A program made the translations under genes and the position numbers. A stretch of DNA of 64,000 nucleotides, from positions 19,879 to 83,878 of the forward strand of contig CACOUL010000004.1 in assembly GCA_902630355.1 (NCBI GenBank). The letters are read 5' to 3'. Below the pieces are notes generated by a model. The model was not told the origin of the DNA, searched no databases, and saw only the letters and a list, made by a program, of their open reading frames with translations. Numbering within the stretch: the first letter of the stretch is position 1; each line of letters opens with the position of its first letter. This document shows, piece by piece, positions 1 through 10,401 of the stretch. Origin of the DNA: Planctomycetaceae bacterium. GTDB taxonomy: Bacteria; Planctomycetota; Planctomycetia; Pirellulales; UBA7805.

Positions 1-2
1 AG

Positions 3-1713
3 GAATCCAATAATCGGCTTGGCTCTGCAATCGCATTTCTAGGATTGGATCTCAACAAAAAACTAGAGACACAAGACAAGGAACAACTTCAGCGGGCGGT
101 CCGCTCGTGGTCAGACAAACTCGACTTGCGAATTACTGTCCTGGCCCCCAACGGCGAAGTGATCGCAGATTCCTTCTTCCACGATCCGACACAATTCAGG
201 GATACTGAAAACCATAAAGATCGTGTCGAAATCACCCAAGCTGCTGCCAATGGTCAGGGAAGTTCACAGCGCGTCAGCGCAACGGTGGGTTCATCGCTCA
301 GATATCTTGCGATTCGGGTCGGCAACAAAACCAATCCAAAGGGATTTGTTCGCGTTGCCATCCCAACTGAGAGACTGAACGCAGCGCTATCGGAAAAACG
401 AAAAAATATTATTTGGGGGGGCAGTGGCTACCGGTGCGATTGTGTTAGGGGTCAGCATCTGGTTTGGCGGACGAACGGTACGTGCAGTCAAATCAATCGA
501 CGCGGCGGTTCAAAAAATCGCCTTCAACGGCCCACCCGCAAAAGTTTACCTTCCCGATCGAGATGAATTTGGCACCTTGGGCGATCATTTGAATCGCATG
601 AGCATTGATCTCAGCGAGCGAATTGATCTTCTGCAACAAGAACAATCGCGACTCGCCACCGTACTGGAAGGCATGGGCGAGGGCGTAATTACGGTCGATT
701 ACACGGAACACATTCTTTTTGCGAACTCCGCTGCTGGAAAGTTGCTTGATTTCGATCCGCAGGAAGCAACCCAAAAACCTTTCTTAGAGGCCATTCGAAA
801 TCACGTGCTTCATGAAGCGGTCGTGCAATCCATTGGGGGAAACACTCCCAAGATCCAAGAAATCGAAGTCGGTGAAAATCATGATCGTATTTTGCGGGCG
901 AGTTTCACTCCGATGCAAGGAGATCCTTGCCCCGGCATTGTGATTGTGCTGAATGACTTTACGGACCTTCGCAGACTGGAAATGATGCGACAGGAATTTA
1001 TCGCGAATGTCTCTCACGAACTAAAAACCCCACTCTCTGCAATTAAAGCCTATGCCGAAACTTTGCAGAGAGGAGCGATTGAGGATGAAGTTCACCGCAA
1101 AAGATTTGTGGAACGGATTGAAGAACAAGCGGAGCGACTTCATCAGCTGATTCTCGACATGCTTCAACTCGCACGGGTCGAATCAGGAAAACAGGCGTTC
1201 GACATTCACGCGATTGCGGTTTCGGAAACGGTAAAATCCTGCATTGACGATTTCCTGGAGCCAACGCAGTCGCAACAGATCACCCTCACCTACGATCCCC
1301 CGAACGAAGATCTTTTTGTGCAGGCCGATGCAGAAGCCCTGCGGCATATCTTGAACAATCTGATCGATAATGCGGTGAAGTACACGCCCGAGAACGGATC
1401 GATCACCGTACGATGGCGACGGGAATACGAAATGGTTGTGATCGATGTGGTCGACACCGGGATCGGCATTGCGGCGAAAGATCAGGACCGCTTGTTCGAA
1501 AGATTTTTCCGGGTCGACAAGGCACGTTCGCAGGAACTGGGTGGTACGGGCCTGGGACTCTCCATCGTCAAGCATCTCGCGCTCAATTTCGGAGGGCAGG
1601 TGGGCGTATCGAGCGAGTTGGGCAAGGGAGCAACGTTCACTGTAAAATTACCCCTCGCCGAACAGGAATCTCGGAGCAAGCAAATCTTACCCGCATCCCA
1701 CCCGACTTCTTAA
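3..1713 (+). CDS. phoR: Phosphate regulon sensor histidine kinase PhoR; 5' end outside the window; apparent +1 frameshift at G7 run 415-421
   Basis: ORF 424-1713 has TM, HAMP, PAS, HisKA (FIANVSHELKTPL) and HATPase (NLIDNAVKY, DTGIGI, FFRVDKARS, GGTGLGL). The upstream frame is open from base 3 and encodes a PhoR-type periplasmic domain (RITV..NGEVIADS, ENHKDRVEI). Deleting one G joins the two frames. Sits directly before pstS. Confidence 0.88.
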
Positions 1714-1766
1714 AAGAAAAAGAAGGGGAATTACCCTCAATCGGCTACCATTCCCCCGAAATACCC

Positions 1767-1797
1767 CTTCACGTTTTCTTCACATTGGAACTTTACA
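1767..1797 (+). promoter_or_regulatory. Candidate Pho box (11-bp-spaced direct repeats)
   Basis: CTTCAC at 1767 and CTTCACA at 1778 (11-bp period), plus CTTTACA at 1791, about 80-110 bp upstream of pstS. Confidence 0.5.
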
Positions 1798-1874
1798 CTG
1801 CGTCCGCCTAGGGCTCAGCCCCGTTGCAGTTCGGGCCCATCATTTTTGTTACCAGCTACGGAGAGACGTGGATT

Positions 1875-2852
1875 ATGAGGATCAAATGTGAAGTGCTTGT
1901 TGTGGTTTCGGGTGCCATCATGTTGCTCGCCACTCTTGCAGGCTGCTCATCGTCGCATTCAGCGGGGGGAGGAGCAGGAACTTCGACAAAGGCTACCGGG
2001 GCGGTCAAAGTTGATGGTTCGAGTACCGTCTATCCTATTACCGAAGCGGTGGCCGAAGAATTGCGGGCGGTCCATCCGCATATTCAAGTCACCGTCGGTA
2101 TCTCAGGGACGGGCGGGGGCATGAAAAAATTCGCTGCGGGCGAAATTGACATCTGCGATGCATCGCGAGCGATCAAACAGAAAGAAGCCGACAAGTGTGC
2201 TGCAAAAGGAGTTGAATTTATAGAATTAGAAGTTGCCTATGATGGTCTTGCCGTCGTCATCAACCCTCAGAATGATTGGTGCGATTGCCTTACCGTGGAA
2301 CAACTGCGCGAACTTTGGAGACCCGAAAGCGCAGTTAAAAAATGGAGTGACCTGAATCCGGACTGGCCGCAGGAGGAAATTCGCCTGTATGGCCCTGGAA
2401 CCGATTCTGGAACGTTCGATTATTTCACGAAGGCCGTCGTCGGAGAAGAAAAGGCGTGTCGCGCTGATTACACGGCAAGCGAAGACGACAATGTGCTTGT
2501 CACCGGTGTGATCAATAGCCGCTATGCCTTGGGCTACTTCGGTTACGCTTATTACTCGGAAAACAAGGGGAAACTAAAACTTCTCGGGGTAGACGGGGGA
2601 AGCGGTTGCGTTAAACCTTCTGTGGAGACGGTTCGCAGCCTGACCTACAAACCGCTCTCACGCCCGCTGTTTATCTACGTAAGCACCGAGTCACTGAAGC
2701 AACCCGCAGTAAGAGATTTCGTGAAATTTTATCTCGAAACGACCGACCAACTCTCCACTGAAGTCGGATATGTACCCGTATCTGACCAAGCTGCCGAAAA
2801 AAATCAGCAGTTGTTCCAGAAGGCGGCTTCGACTGAGAAGGGTGCATCGTGA
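1875..2852 (+). CDS. pstS: Phosphate ABC transporter substrate-binding lipoprotein PstS
   Basis: Lipobox LAGC; [15 protein letters not shown] and DSGTFDYF motifs; ATG 1875 after GGAGAG. Confidence 0.95.
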   Translation: MRIKCEVLVVVSGAIMLLATLAGCSSSHSAGGGAGTSTKATGAVKVDGSSTVYPITEAVAEELRAVHPHIQVTVGISGTGGGMKKFAAGEIDICDASRAIKQKEADKCAAKGVEFIELEVAYDGLAVVINPQNDWCDCLTVEQLRELWRPESAVKKWSDLNPDWPQEEIRLYGPGTDSGTFDYFTKAVVGEEKACRADYTASEDDNVLVTGVINSRYALGYFGYAYYSENKGKLKLLGVDGGSGCVKPSVETVRSLTYKPLSRPLFIYVSTESLKQPAVRDFVKFYLETTDQLSTEVGYVPVSDQAAEKNQQLFQKAASTEKGAS

Positions 2853-3796
2853 GCGAAGGAAGACCTGACATTCTTTCCAGCAATCAATCGCTGCTATCAG
2901 GAGCCACCACCTCTCCGGTTCGAAAGATTGGTGAGGGCTTGATTCAGTTTGCACTCTTCCTCTGTGCGGCCGTTTCCGTACTCACGACGATTGGCATCGT
3001 GGCGGTGCTACTCATTGAAGCCTTGCAGTTCTTTCGTGACGTCTCGCCCTGGGATTTTATTTTCGGCACCAAGTGGTCGCCCCTGCTCAAACCGCAGCAC
3101 TTTGGAATTCTACCTCTGCTCTGTGGCACCTGCCTTGTGGCGGCAGGCGCGGCGGTTGTAGCAATTCCGATCGGCCTTTGTACCGCCATTTACCTCAGTG
3201 AATATGCGCCGAAGTGGGTGCGAGAAACGGTGAAACCGCTTCTGGAAATTCTTGCGGGCATTCCCTCGGTCGTTTACGGCTACCTTGCCATCGTGTTCGT
3301 CTCCCCCATCATTCGCTCGATGTTTGAATCGGCCAACGTGTTCAACGCGGCAAGTGCGTCGATTGTTGTGGGGATCATGATTCTTCCGATGATCGTCTCA
3401 CTGAGCGAAGAAGTATTAAGAGCCGTGCCCCGGTCTTTGCGAGAAGCCAGCTATGCACTCGGGGCAACCAAACTGGATGTCACGCTCAAAGTAGTTGTCC
3501 CCGCAGCCTTTTCTGGCATCTTAGCATCGTTCCTCCTTGCAATCTCAAGGGCTGTGGGTGAAACGATGGCGGTCACGCTCGCTGCAGGAGCAACACCTAA
3601 GCTGACGCTCAATCCTCTTGAAAGCATCCAAACAATGACCGCCTATATCGTCCAGGTAAGCCAGGGCGATACGCCTGCCGGCACGGTGGAATATCGGACT
3701 ATTTTTGCAGTTGGTTTAACGCTCTTTTTCACGACCATGCTGATGAACATTTTGGCGCAATGGGTGCTTCGCAGAACGCGGGAGAAATACGAATGA
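2849..3796 (+). CDS. pstC: Phosphate ABC transporter permease PstC
   Basis: [16 protein letters not shown] loop [22 protein letters not shown]; GTGA overlap with pstS. Confidence 0.95.
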   Translation: MSEGRPDILSSNQSLLSGATTSPVRKIGEGLIQFALFLCAAVSVLTTIGIVAVLLIEALQFFRDVSPWDFIFGTKWSPLLKPQHFGILPLLCGTCLVAAGAAVVAIPIGLCTAIYLSEYAPKWVRETVKPLLEILAGIPSVVYGYLAIVFVSPIIRSMFESANVFNAASASIVVGIMILPMIVSLSEEVLRAVPRSLREASYALGATKLDVTLKVVVPAAFSGILASFLLAISRAVGETMAVTLAAGATPKLTLNPLESIQTMTAYIVQVSQGDTPAGTVEYRTIFAVGLTLFFTTMLMNILAQWVLRRTREKYE

Positions 3797-4665
3797 GTCT
3801 GCATGCCACAAAGCATCGCCGCTGGTCAAAGTTTTTATCGGCTGCATTTGCAACCGTCTGTCTGCTGGCCCTGTTAAGTTGCCTCGCGGCCCTGGTGCTT
3901 TTGCTATGGCAGGTATTATCGCACGGTATCGATTGGCTGAGTTGGGACTTCATTCGCGATCTTCCCTCGCGATTTCCCGCCAAAGCCGGAATTCGCACTG
4001 CATTAGCGGGCAGCCTCTGGCTGATGGGATTGACCACCATCATCTCAGTGCCGATCGGTATGGGGGCTGCCATCTATTTAGAGGAATATGCTGCAAATAA
4101 CCGAATGCGAACGATCGTGCAAACGAATATTGCCAACTTGGCCGGTGTGCCGTCGATCGTTTATGGCATCCTGGGCCTCGGGCTCTTCGTTCGCTTCATG
4201 GCCCTGGAGCGAAGCATCCTTGCCGGTGCACTCACCCTGTCTCTTGTGGTACTTCCGATTATCATTCTGGCGTCCCAGGAGGCGCTCCGGGCGGTACCCC
4301 CATCGATACGTCATGCCTCGTTCGCATTGGGAGCAACCAAGTGGCAGACGATTTGGCATCAGGTGCTTCCCGCATCGCTGCCCGGAATGATGACTGGGAT
4401 CATCCTGGCCATGTCACGTGCGCTCGGTGAAGCGGCACCGCTTTTGGCCATCGGCGCCGTGGCGTATGTGCCATTCGTGCCGAGCAGCCTGAGCGATGAA
4501 TTTACGGCGCTGCCCATCCAAATATTTAATTGGTCAGCACGTCCGCAGGAAGATTTCCATAGCGTCGCCGCCGCCGGCATTATTGTGCTACTCCTCGTCT
4601 TGATTTGCCTCAACGCTGTTGCGGTCTTCGTGCGTTATCGCACAAGCAAACAGATTCGCTGGTAG
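3793..4665 (+). CDS. pstA: Phosphate ABC transporter permease PstA
   Basis: [33 protein letters not shown]; ATGA overlap with pstC. Confidence 0.95.
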   Translation: MSLHATKHRRWSKFLSAAFATVCLLALLSCLAALVLLLWQVLSHGIDWLSWDFIRDLPSRFPAKAGIRTALAGSLWLMGLTTIISVPIGMGAAIYLEEYAANNRMRTIVQTNIANLAGVPSIVYGILGLGLFVRFMALERSILAGALTLSLVVLPIIILASQEALRAVPPSIRHASFALGATKWQTIWHQVLPASLPGMMTGIILAMSRALGEAAPLLAIGAVAYVPFVPSSLSDEFTALPIQIFNWSARPQEDFHSVAAAGIIVLLLVLICLNAVAVFVRYRTSKQIRW

Positions 4666-4724
4666 CATTCGAATTAGTCTTTGGGTATGATCGCCTCAAC
4701 GCATTGCATCGAATTGGATTTTTC

Positions 4725-5615
4725 ATGTCAGCCAGTGAACCATCGATGACCATCTCCACTGATAACGAACAAAGCAAGGTTGTCGGAGTTTCCACAAGAC
4801 TACACGAGTCGTCCGACCGGAGACCTAAACTTGCACGATCCAGCGATGAGCTGGCAGCGGCTCGGTCGAAAATATCTGTATCCAACTTAGACTTCTTCTA
4901 CGAAGAACAGCAGGCGCTTTTCGACGTTACGCTTGATGTTCCAGAAAAATGCGTTACGGCCTTGATCGGGCCATCGGGCTGCGGCAAGTCCACCTTCCTC
5001 CGTTGCCTCAATCGCATGAACGACATGATCGACGGCACGCGACTTAAGGGCAAAATTCTTCTAGACCAAGAAGACATCTATCGGCCGCGGACCGACGTTG
5101 TGGAATTGCGGAAACGCGTGGGCATGGTATTCCAGAAATCGAATCCGTTTCCCAAAACTATTTTTGAAAATGTCGCTTACGGACCCAAGGTTGCGGGAAT
5201 CCGCAAGCGGTCAGTGCTTCGAGAAATTGTAGAACACTCGTTACGTAAGGCAGCTCTTTGGGATGAAGTGAAGGATCGCCTAAATCAGTCTGCCCTACAG
5301 CTCTCCGGTGGTCAACAACAACGACTCTGTATTGCCCGAACTCTTGCAACAAGCCCTGGCGTTCTACTCATGGACGAACCGGCCTCGGCACTTGATCCCG
5401 CATCGACGTCTCGAATTGAAGATCTCATTTTTGAACTCCGGGAATCCTATACGATTGTGATCGTGACGCACAACATGCAGCAGGCAGCTCGCGTTTCTGA
5501 TCAGACAGCCTTTTTCTTCCAAGGCAAGCTGATCGAAGCGGGGGCAACCAATACGCTCTTTACGAACCCCGAAAAAACGCAGACCGAAGATTATATTACA
5601 GGACGCTTTGGCTAA
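4725..5615 (+). CDS. pstB: Phosphate ABC transporter ATPase PstB
   Basis: [35 protein letters not shown]-terminal [10 protein letters not shown]; start approximate. Confidence 0.96.
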   Translation: MSASEPSMTISTDNEQSKVVGVSTRLHESSDRRPKLARSSDELAAARSKISVSNLDFFYEEQQALFDVTLDVPEKCVTALIGPSGCGKSTFLRCLNRMNDMIDGTRLKGKILLDQEDIYRPRTDVVELRKRVGMVFQKSNPFPKTIFENVAYGPKVAGIRKRSVLREIVEHSLRKAALWDEVKDRLNQSALQLSGGQQQRLCIARTLATSPGVLLMDEPASALDPASTSRIEDLIFELRESYTIVIVTHNMQQAARVSDQTAFFFQGKLIEAGATNTLFTNPEKTQTEDYITGRFG

Positions 5616-5621
5616 ACCATT

Positions 5622-6323
5622 ATGAGCAAGCACTGGCAACGTGACCTTTCTGCGCTGCAGCGCGCAGTTTTGGGAATGTCTTCACAAGTTGAGGAAATGA
5701 TCGACAAGGCGTGCCGCGCTCTGCGAGATAGTCGCATCGAACTTGTTGATGAAGTCATTGCCTTAGAAGAGGGTGTCAATGAACGCGAGGTGCAAATTGA
5801 AGAAGAGTGCCTCAAAATACTTGCGTTGCACCAGCCTGTTGCGGTCGATCTTCGTCGGACCGCCATGCTGTTAAAAATCAACAATGACCTGGAACGCATG
5901 GCCGACCTTGCCGTGAATATCGCAGAACGTACGCGATGTCTCTCCAGGTTTGCAACTTTCGCGATCCCAGAGCGTTTCGATTCAATGGCTCGGTTGGCAA
6001 CCGGAATGGTCAATGCGTCTCTCGACGCGTTTGTCCATTTAGATTCCGAAGCGGCAAGAGAAATATGCCACCAGGACAATCTGGTCGATGATATCAATCG
6101 ACAAAACATCGATGAAATGTATCGACGGATGCGGCAAGATCCTGAAAGCATTGAACCCGCATTACATTTTTTCTCCTGCTCCAGGCATGTGGAGCGGATT
6201 GCCGATTTGGCGACGAATATTGCGGAAGATGTCATCTTTCTCGTTGAAGGAGAAATCGCTCGCCATCGGACCAGTGAATCTGATGTTCCCTTTGATAGTG
6301 AAACGAAGGCAACTCCTCGATAG
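5622..6323 (+). CDS. phoU: Phosphate signalling protein PhoU
   Basis: LALHQPVAVDLR, DLERMADLAVNIAE, HVERIADLATNIAEDV repeats. Confidence 0.95.
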   Translation: MSKHWQRDLSALQRAVLGMSSQVEEMIDKACRALRDSRIELVDEVIALEEGVNEREVQIEEECLKILALHQPVAVDLRRTAMLLKINNDLERMADLAVNIAERTRCLSRFATFAIPERFDSMARLATGMVNASLDAFVHLDSEAAREICHQDNLVDDINRQNIDEMYRRMRQDPESIEPALHFFSCSRHVERIADLATNIAEDVIFLVEGEIARHRTSESDVPFDSETKATPR

Positions 6324-6354
6324 AAATCGATGTGGGACATACGGGACGTATAAG

Positions 6355-7056
6355 ATGAATAATAAGAAGATCCTGATTGTCGAAGATGATCGTTCGCTGG
6401 CTGAGGTGATCAGCTATAACCTTGAGGAACAAGGATTCGATGTTCACGTCTCGAGGGACGGGATGGAAGGCCTGCAATTTGCGCAGTTAAATCTTCCGGA
6501 CATCGTCATTCTCGATCTGATGCTTCCCGTGATTGATGGACTGGAAGTTTGCCGACGACTCCGGGCAGACGTTAATACACAAGCGGTCCCCATTCTTATG
6601 CTCACTGCCAAATCGGAAGAGACCGATCAGGTCGTGGGCTTCAATGTGGGCGCTGATGATTATGTAACGAAACCGTTCAGCATCAAAATTCTCCTCGAAC
6701 GAGTGAAGGTGCTTCTCCGACGCTATAACCGAAAAGAAGAAATGGGGGATATCGTTGCAAGCCAGGGCATTGTGATTGATCGGCGCCGGCATTTGGCAAC
6801 AGTCGATGGACAGGCGGTCCCCTTGACCAGGACCGAATTTAGCCTGCTCGATACCCTGCTCCGTCAACCGGGCAGAGCTTTCTCTAGAGCGGAACTTATC
6901 CAAACCGCTATTGGAGACGATGCGTTGGTCCTGGACCGCACGGTTGACGTTCATGTCCGGTCGATTCGCAGCAAACTCGGAGATCGTGCGGAACTTGTCG
7001 AAACCGTTCGGGGAGTTGGCTACCGATTCCATCATCCGGCGACGGCTTTGGTTTGA
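6355..7056 (+). CDS. phoB: Phosphate regulon response regulator PhoB (OmpR family)
   Basis: REC domain (ILIVEDD, LDLMLP, LTAK, GADDYVTKPF) plus winged helix (RTVDVHV, ETVRGVGYRF); context of the pst operon. Confidence 0.9.
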   Translation: MNNKKILIVEDDRSLAEVISYNLEEQGFDVHVSRDGMEGLQFAQLNLPDIVILDLMLPVIDGLEVCRRLRADVNTQAVPILMLTAKSEETDQVVGFNVGADDYVTKPFSIKILLERVKVLLRRYNRKEEMGDIVASQGIVIDRRRHLATVDGQAVPLTRTEFSLLDTLLRQPGRAFSRAELIQTAIGDDALVLDRTVDVHVRSIRSKLGDRAELVETVRGVGYRFHHPATALV

Positions 7057-7149
7057 GACCCTGTTTATAGGCAGACGGCGTACTGGGGCACTCACATTCG
7101 CCAATAATTCATTCCCTGCCCTCTTCTGCACCGCCTGATCCCCCAGGTG

Positions 7150-7177
7150 TTGCAAACAAATCATTTACGGTTAAAAT
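7150..7177 (+). promoter_or_regulatory. Candidate sigma70 promoter for the Na/Pi cotransporter
   Basis: TTGCAA-16 nt-TAAAAT. Confidence 0.4.
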
Positions 7178-7270
7178 CACGCCACGAGATTTCAGACGCA
7201 ACCTCTCCTGTGCCAGTATGGCACCTCTAGGTCCTGTGTCAGTGCGGCGCCTTCAGGGAGACAATTCCGC

Positions 7271-8950
7271 GTGGAACTAGCTGTACTAGTCAAATTGCTC
7301 TTTAAACTTGTGGGCGGTTTGGGCATCTTCCTGCTCGGCATGAAATACATGTCGGACGGCATGCAAGCCGTTGCTGGTTCGCGTCTGCGCGGAATGATCA
7401 GCCTTGCGACCAATAACCGACTATTGGCAACCGGCGTTGGAGTTGTCGTAACCTGTATCGTTCAATCAAGCTCGATCACCACCGTAATGGTTGTCGGTTT
7501 TGTGAACAGCGGGGTGATGCAACTTGCCCAGGCGCTGGGGGTGATCATGGGCGCCAACATCGGCACTACCATTACCGGTTGGATTCTAGTGCTAAAAATT
7601 GGCAAGTATGGCTTGCCAATTTTGGGGGCAGCAGCAATCGCCTACCTCTTCTCCAAAGGAGATCGCTGGCGATTCTGGTCGATGGCTATTATGGGGATCG
7701 GGATGATCTTCTTTGGCCTCGAACTCATGAAAGATGCCTGCAGCCTGATCAAAGAGCACCCGAGCTTCGAGAGTTGGTTTCAGAGTTTTCAAGCCGACGA
7801 TTATTTTGGCGTCTTGGGCTGTGCCCTCATCGGATGCCTTCTCACCATCATGGTTCAATCGTCTTCAGCAACGCTAGGTATTACAATATCGCTGGCGTCA
7901 CAGGGCGTGATCAGTTACCCCACTGCGGCTGCCTTGGTTCTCGGTGAAAATATTGGCACGACGATAACTGCCTATCTGGCGTCGCTCGGAGCAACCACTA
8001 ATGCGCGACGGGCCGCTTATTTCCACATCATCTTCAATCTGGTCGGCGTCCTATGGATTACGGCGATTTTCCATTGGTACATCGATCTCGTACAAGAGAT
8101 CATTGGCGATGACGTCACTAAAGTGACTATGGTAGGAGGCAAACCAACTTACGATACCACGGCAACAATCGCTGCAACACACTCGATCTTCAACGTGACC
8201 AACACGCTCATCTTCCTTCCCTTTTTGCCGATCTTTGTAAAGCTGCTTACGAGATTTGTGCCGGCAAAGGCTTACAAAGAGAAACCACATCTCACCGATC
8301 TCGACATCCGAATCCTAGACACTCCCTTGCTAGCGATCGAGCAATCGCAAAAAGAGATCGAGAAGATGGGGGATGGGTGCGCCAAAATGATGGGTTGGCT
8401 CAAAACCCTCTACGAACAAGAAGATCGAGATCTATCGCTAGGCGAAAGGCTGCAACATCGTGAGCGAGTACTCGATTCGGTCCACGATGAGCTTGCTGTT
8501 TTTATTACATCGCTACTATCAGGAAATGTGCCGCATGCAACGGCCGAAGAAGCACGACTCCAATTAAGAATGGCGGATGAATATGAATCTGTCAGTGACT
8601 ATCTCGCCAATCTAGAGAAATTCGATCACAAACTATATGACAAAGAACTTCGATTCACAAAGTCACAAAGAAGTGATCTGCTTGAGTTGAACGGTCTTTT
8701 ACAGCAGCATCTTGACATGGTCAACGATTCTCTCAAGCAACGAAACACGAATGTTATTACGAAGTTGGAAACCATTGGCAAACGAATACGCGACTTACTA
8801 AAATCGCTTCGTCGTAAACATCTCGATGCCCTTTCTAGCGGCAACATTCGACCGCAAGTGAGCGTCGCCTATCTCGCCGCGCTCAACGCTTACGCACGCG
8901 TGCGGGACCATTCTCGCAACATTGCGGAAGCCGTGTCGGGTGAAAAGTGA
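7271..8950 (+). CDS. Na+/phosphate cotransporter (NptA/YjbB family) with C-terminal PhoU-like domains
   Basis: Duplicated VQSSS and GANIGTT/GENIGTT motifs; hydrophobic N-terminal half, helical C-terminal half. Confidence 0.93.
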   Translation: MELAVLVKLLFKLVGGLGIFLLGMKYMSDGMQAVAGSRLRGMISLATNNRLLATGVGVVVTCIVQSSSITTVMVVGFVNSGVMQLAQALGVIMGANIGTTITGWILVLKIGKYGLPILGAAAIAYLFSKGDRWRFWSMAIMGIGMIFFGLELMKDACSLIKEHPSFESWFQSFQADDYFGVLGCALIGCLLTIMVQSSSATLGITISLASQGVISYPTAAALVLGENIGTTITAYLASLGATTNARRAAYFHIIFNLVGVLWITAIFHWYIDLVQEIIGDDVTKVTMVGGKPTYDTTATIAATHSIFNVTNTLIFLPFLPIFVKLLTRFVPAKAYKEKPHLTDLDIRILDTPLLAIEQSQKEIEKMGDGCAKMMGWLKTLYEQEDRDLSLGERLQHRERVLDSVHDELAVFITSLLSGNVPHATAEEARLQLRMADEYESVSDYLANLEKFDHKLYDKELRFTKSQRSDLLELNGLLQQHLDMVNDSLKQRNTNVITKLETIGKRIRDLLKSLRRKHLDALSSGNIRPQVSVAYLAALNAYARVRDHSRNIAEAVSGEK

Positions 8951-9027
8951 CCCTTACCCTCACTGTGTGACTGAATAGCCGCATGTACCCGGAATCAACT
9001 GCCATCCTCCGCCACGGGAGCGGATCG

Positions 9028-9360
9028 CTAACCAAAGAGCGCAGCAGCAAAAAATAGCGGTGGGATCGAGCAGAGGAATAACGCACCCGCTATCATCACG
9101 CGCGGAATGTGGACTTCGGCAACACGCACGGCGAACGGCAAAAAAATGAGTCCGAGTATGCCGGAAAACAGTGCCGTAAATGCGACGAGCACCGCCAGTG
9201 CCCGCAATGGGTCGGTGAGGGTAAAAAAGTAGTCGCAGGCCACCAACGCGATGGCAACCAGTTCACTCATCGCGGCGGTAAGTGTCGAAATGACCCAGCC
9301 CACCACAATCGCCCTGGAAAGGGGCGACGGTTCACTTGGTGGAATTTTGGACATCGACAT
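9028..9360 (-). CDS. Small hypothetical membrane protein (about 3 TM)
   Basis: Three hydrophobic segments; ATG 9360 preceded by GAGG. Confidence 0.6.
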   Translation of the reverse strand: MSMSKIPPSEPSPLSRAIVVGWVISTLTAAMSELVAIALVACDYFFTLTDPLRALAVLVAFTALFSGILGLIFLPFAVRVAEVHIPRVMIAGALFLCSIPPLFFAAALFG

Positions 9361-9374
9361 ACCTCGAGAGCTCG

Positions 9375-9410
9375 AAAAAAAAGCGTGAGAGGCCAAATGG
9401 CCTCTCACGC
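9375..9410 (-). terminator. Rho-independent terminator of the Cys-rich gene
   Basis: Perfect 12-bp stem GCGTGAGAGGCC/GGCCTCTCACGC, 4-nt loop, followed on the minus strand by U8. Confidence 0.85.
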
Positions 9411-9438
9411 CATGAAATCAAAACGCGAAAGATCACGC

Positions 9439-9882
9439 TTAGCAGCGATAGCTCGTCACGACAATATCGCCACACTTTTTGATCACGACCTTCACTTTAT
9501 AGCCGCAACACCACTTGTAAACGACCACACCCTTGCAGCAAACGCCGCAGCGATCTGTGACGCAGGGTTCACCCTTGCAGCAGGCTGGCAGGCAAATGGG
9601 AATGTCGTAGCAGGTCTTGCAACAACACGGGTCGGCTACTTTCAGCGTCGTCTTGACCGGGGGTTCGCATCCGCAGCAGACTTTACGACAGCGACCACGC
9701 TGACGGTACGTAATGCAGGGTTCGGGACAGCAGGCTGCTTTTTCTTCACTCTCACAGGGCTTCGCTTCCGATGCTTCTGCAGCTTTTTCCTGCCCACCGT
9801 CTGCGGCGTCGGCGGTTGCCGGAATGGCCAACAGGCTGACCGCACACAGCATCAGAGACAACAAGATCCAATTCGTTTTCAT
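9439..9882 (-). CDS. Secreted cysteine-rich planctomycete protein
   Basis: Signal peptide MKTNWILL..ADA; about 23 Cys in the mature part, many as CC/CCC; has its own terminator. Confidence 0.8.
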   Translation of the reverse strand: MKTNWILLSLMLCAVSLLAIPATADAADGGQEKAAEASEAKPCESEEKAACCPEPCITYRQRGRCRKVCCGCEPPVKTTLKVADPCCCKTCYDIPICLPACCKGEPCVTDRCGVCCKGVVVYKWCCGYKVKVVIKKCGDIVVTSYRC

Positions 9883-10401
9883 AACAGTTACACTCTCCTC
9901 AAAGGGGTCGGGCAGCACCACCGTGTGCTGCGAGGCGGGAATGGGGCTCAGACGCCCCATCTGATTTCATTCCCCAGAGTGTAGCCCAAGCAAATCACCT
10001 TGTTTACCCCACCCGCAAAGTCTCACAAAAGCGGGTCAATTATGCATGCACACTTATTGATCCAGCTTGTGTGCTAGCACTCTTTTACCCAGCTTCCGCC
10101 GCACGAGTCGGGGGCATTGCGGCACGGGCGATCGCAACGCTTCTTCAAGCTTCTGAGCCGCATTTCGCCCCCCCACCCTGAGAGGGCAAGACCGCACCGT
10201 ATCGGTGGAATTGATGCATAAACGTGCATTTTTAAGGAATTATGAAGTTTTTTTTTTTGGAAATCCTGATCAAGCAGAATGTCAAACTTTGCCGATTTTA
10301 ACGGTTGTAGCGGCTATCTGATCACAGGCGGCATATGACGCTCAGTATTGAATTGTGATTCTCTCAGTCCCCAATCTCCCGAAGACTCATTTGCAATCCA
10401 G

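Noticed and set aside
45-566. 173-aa ORF as an independent gene
   Set aside because: It is the PhoR periplasmic domain read past the G7 frameshift; residues after about position 420 are out-of-frame sequence.
5612-6340. 242-aa antisense ORF over phoU
   Set aside because: Shadow ORF with no motifs; phoU fully explains the region.
6088-6354. N-terminal extension of PhoB in the ORF track
   Set aside because: It overlaps phoU; the receiver domain begins at ATG 6355.
9109-9984. 291-aa plus-strand ORF
   Set aside because: Antisense to the Cys-rich gene, which has a signal peptide and a correctly oriented terminator.
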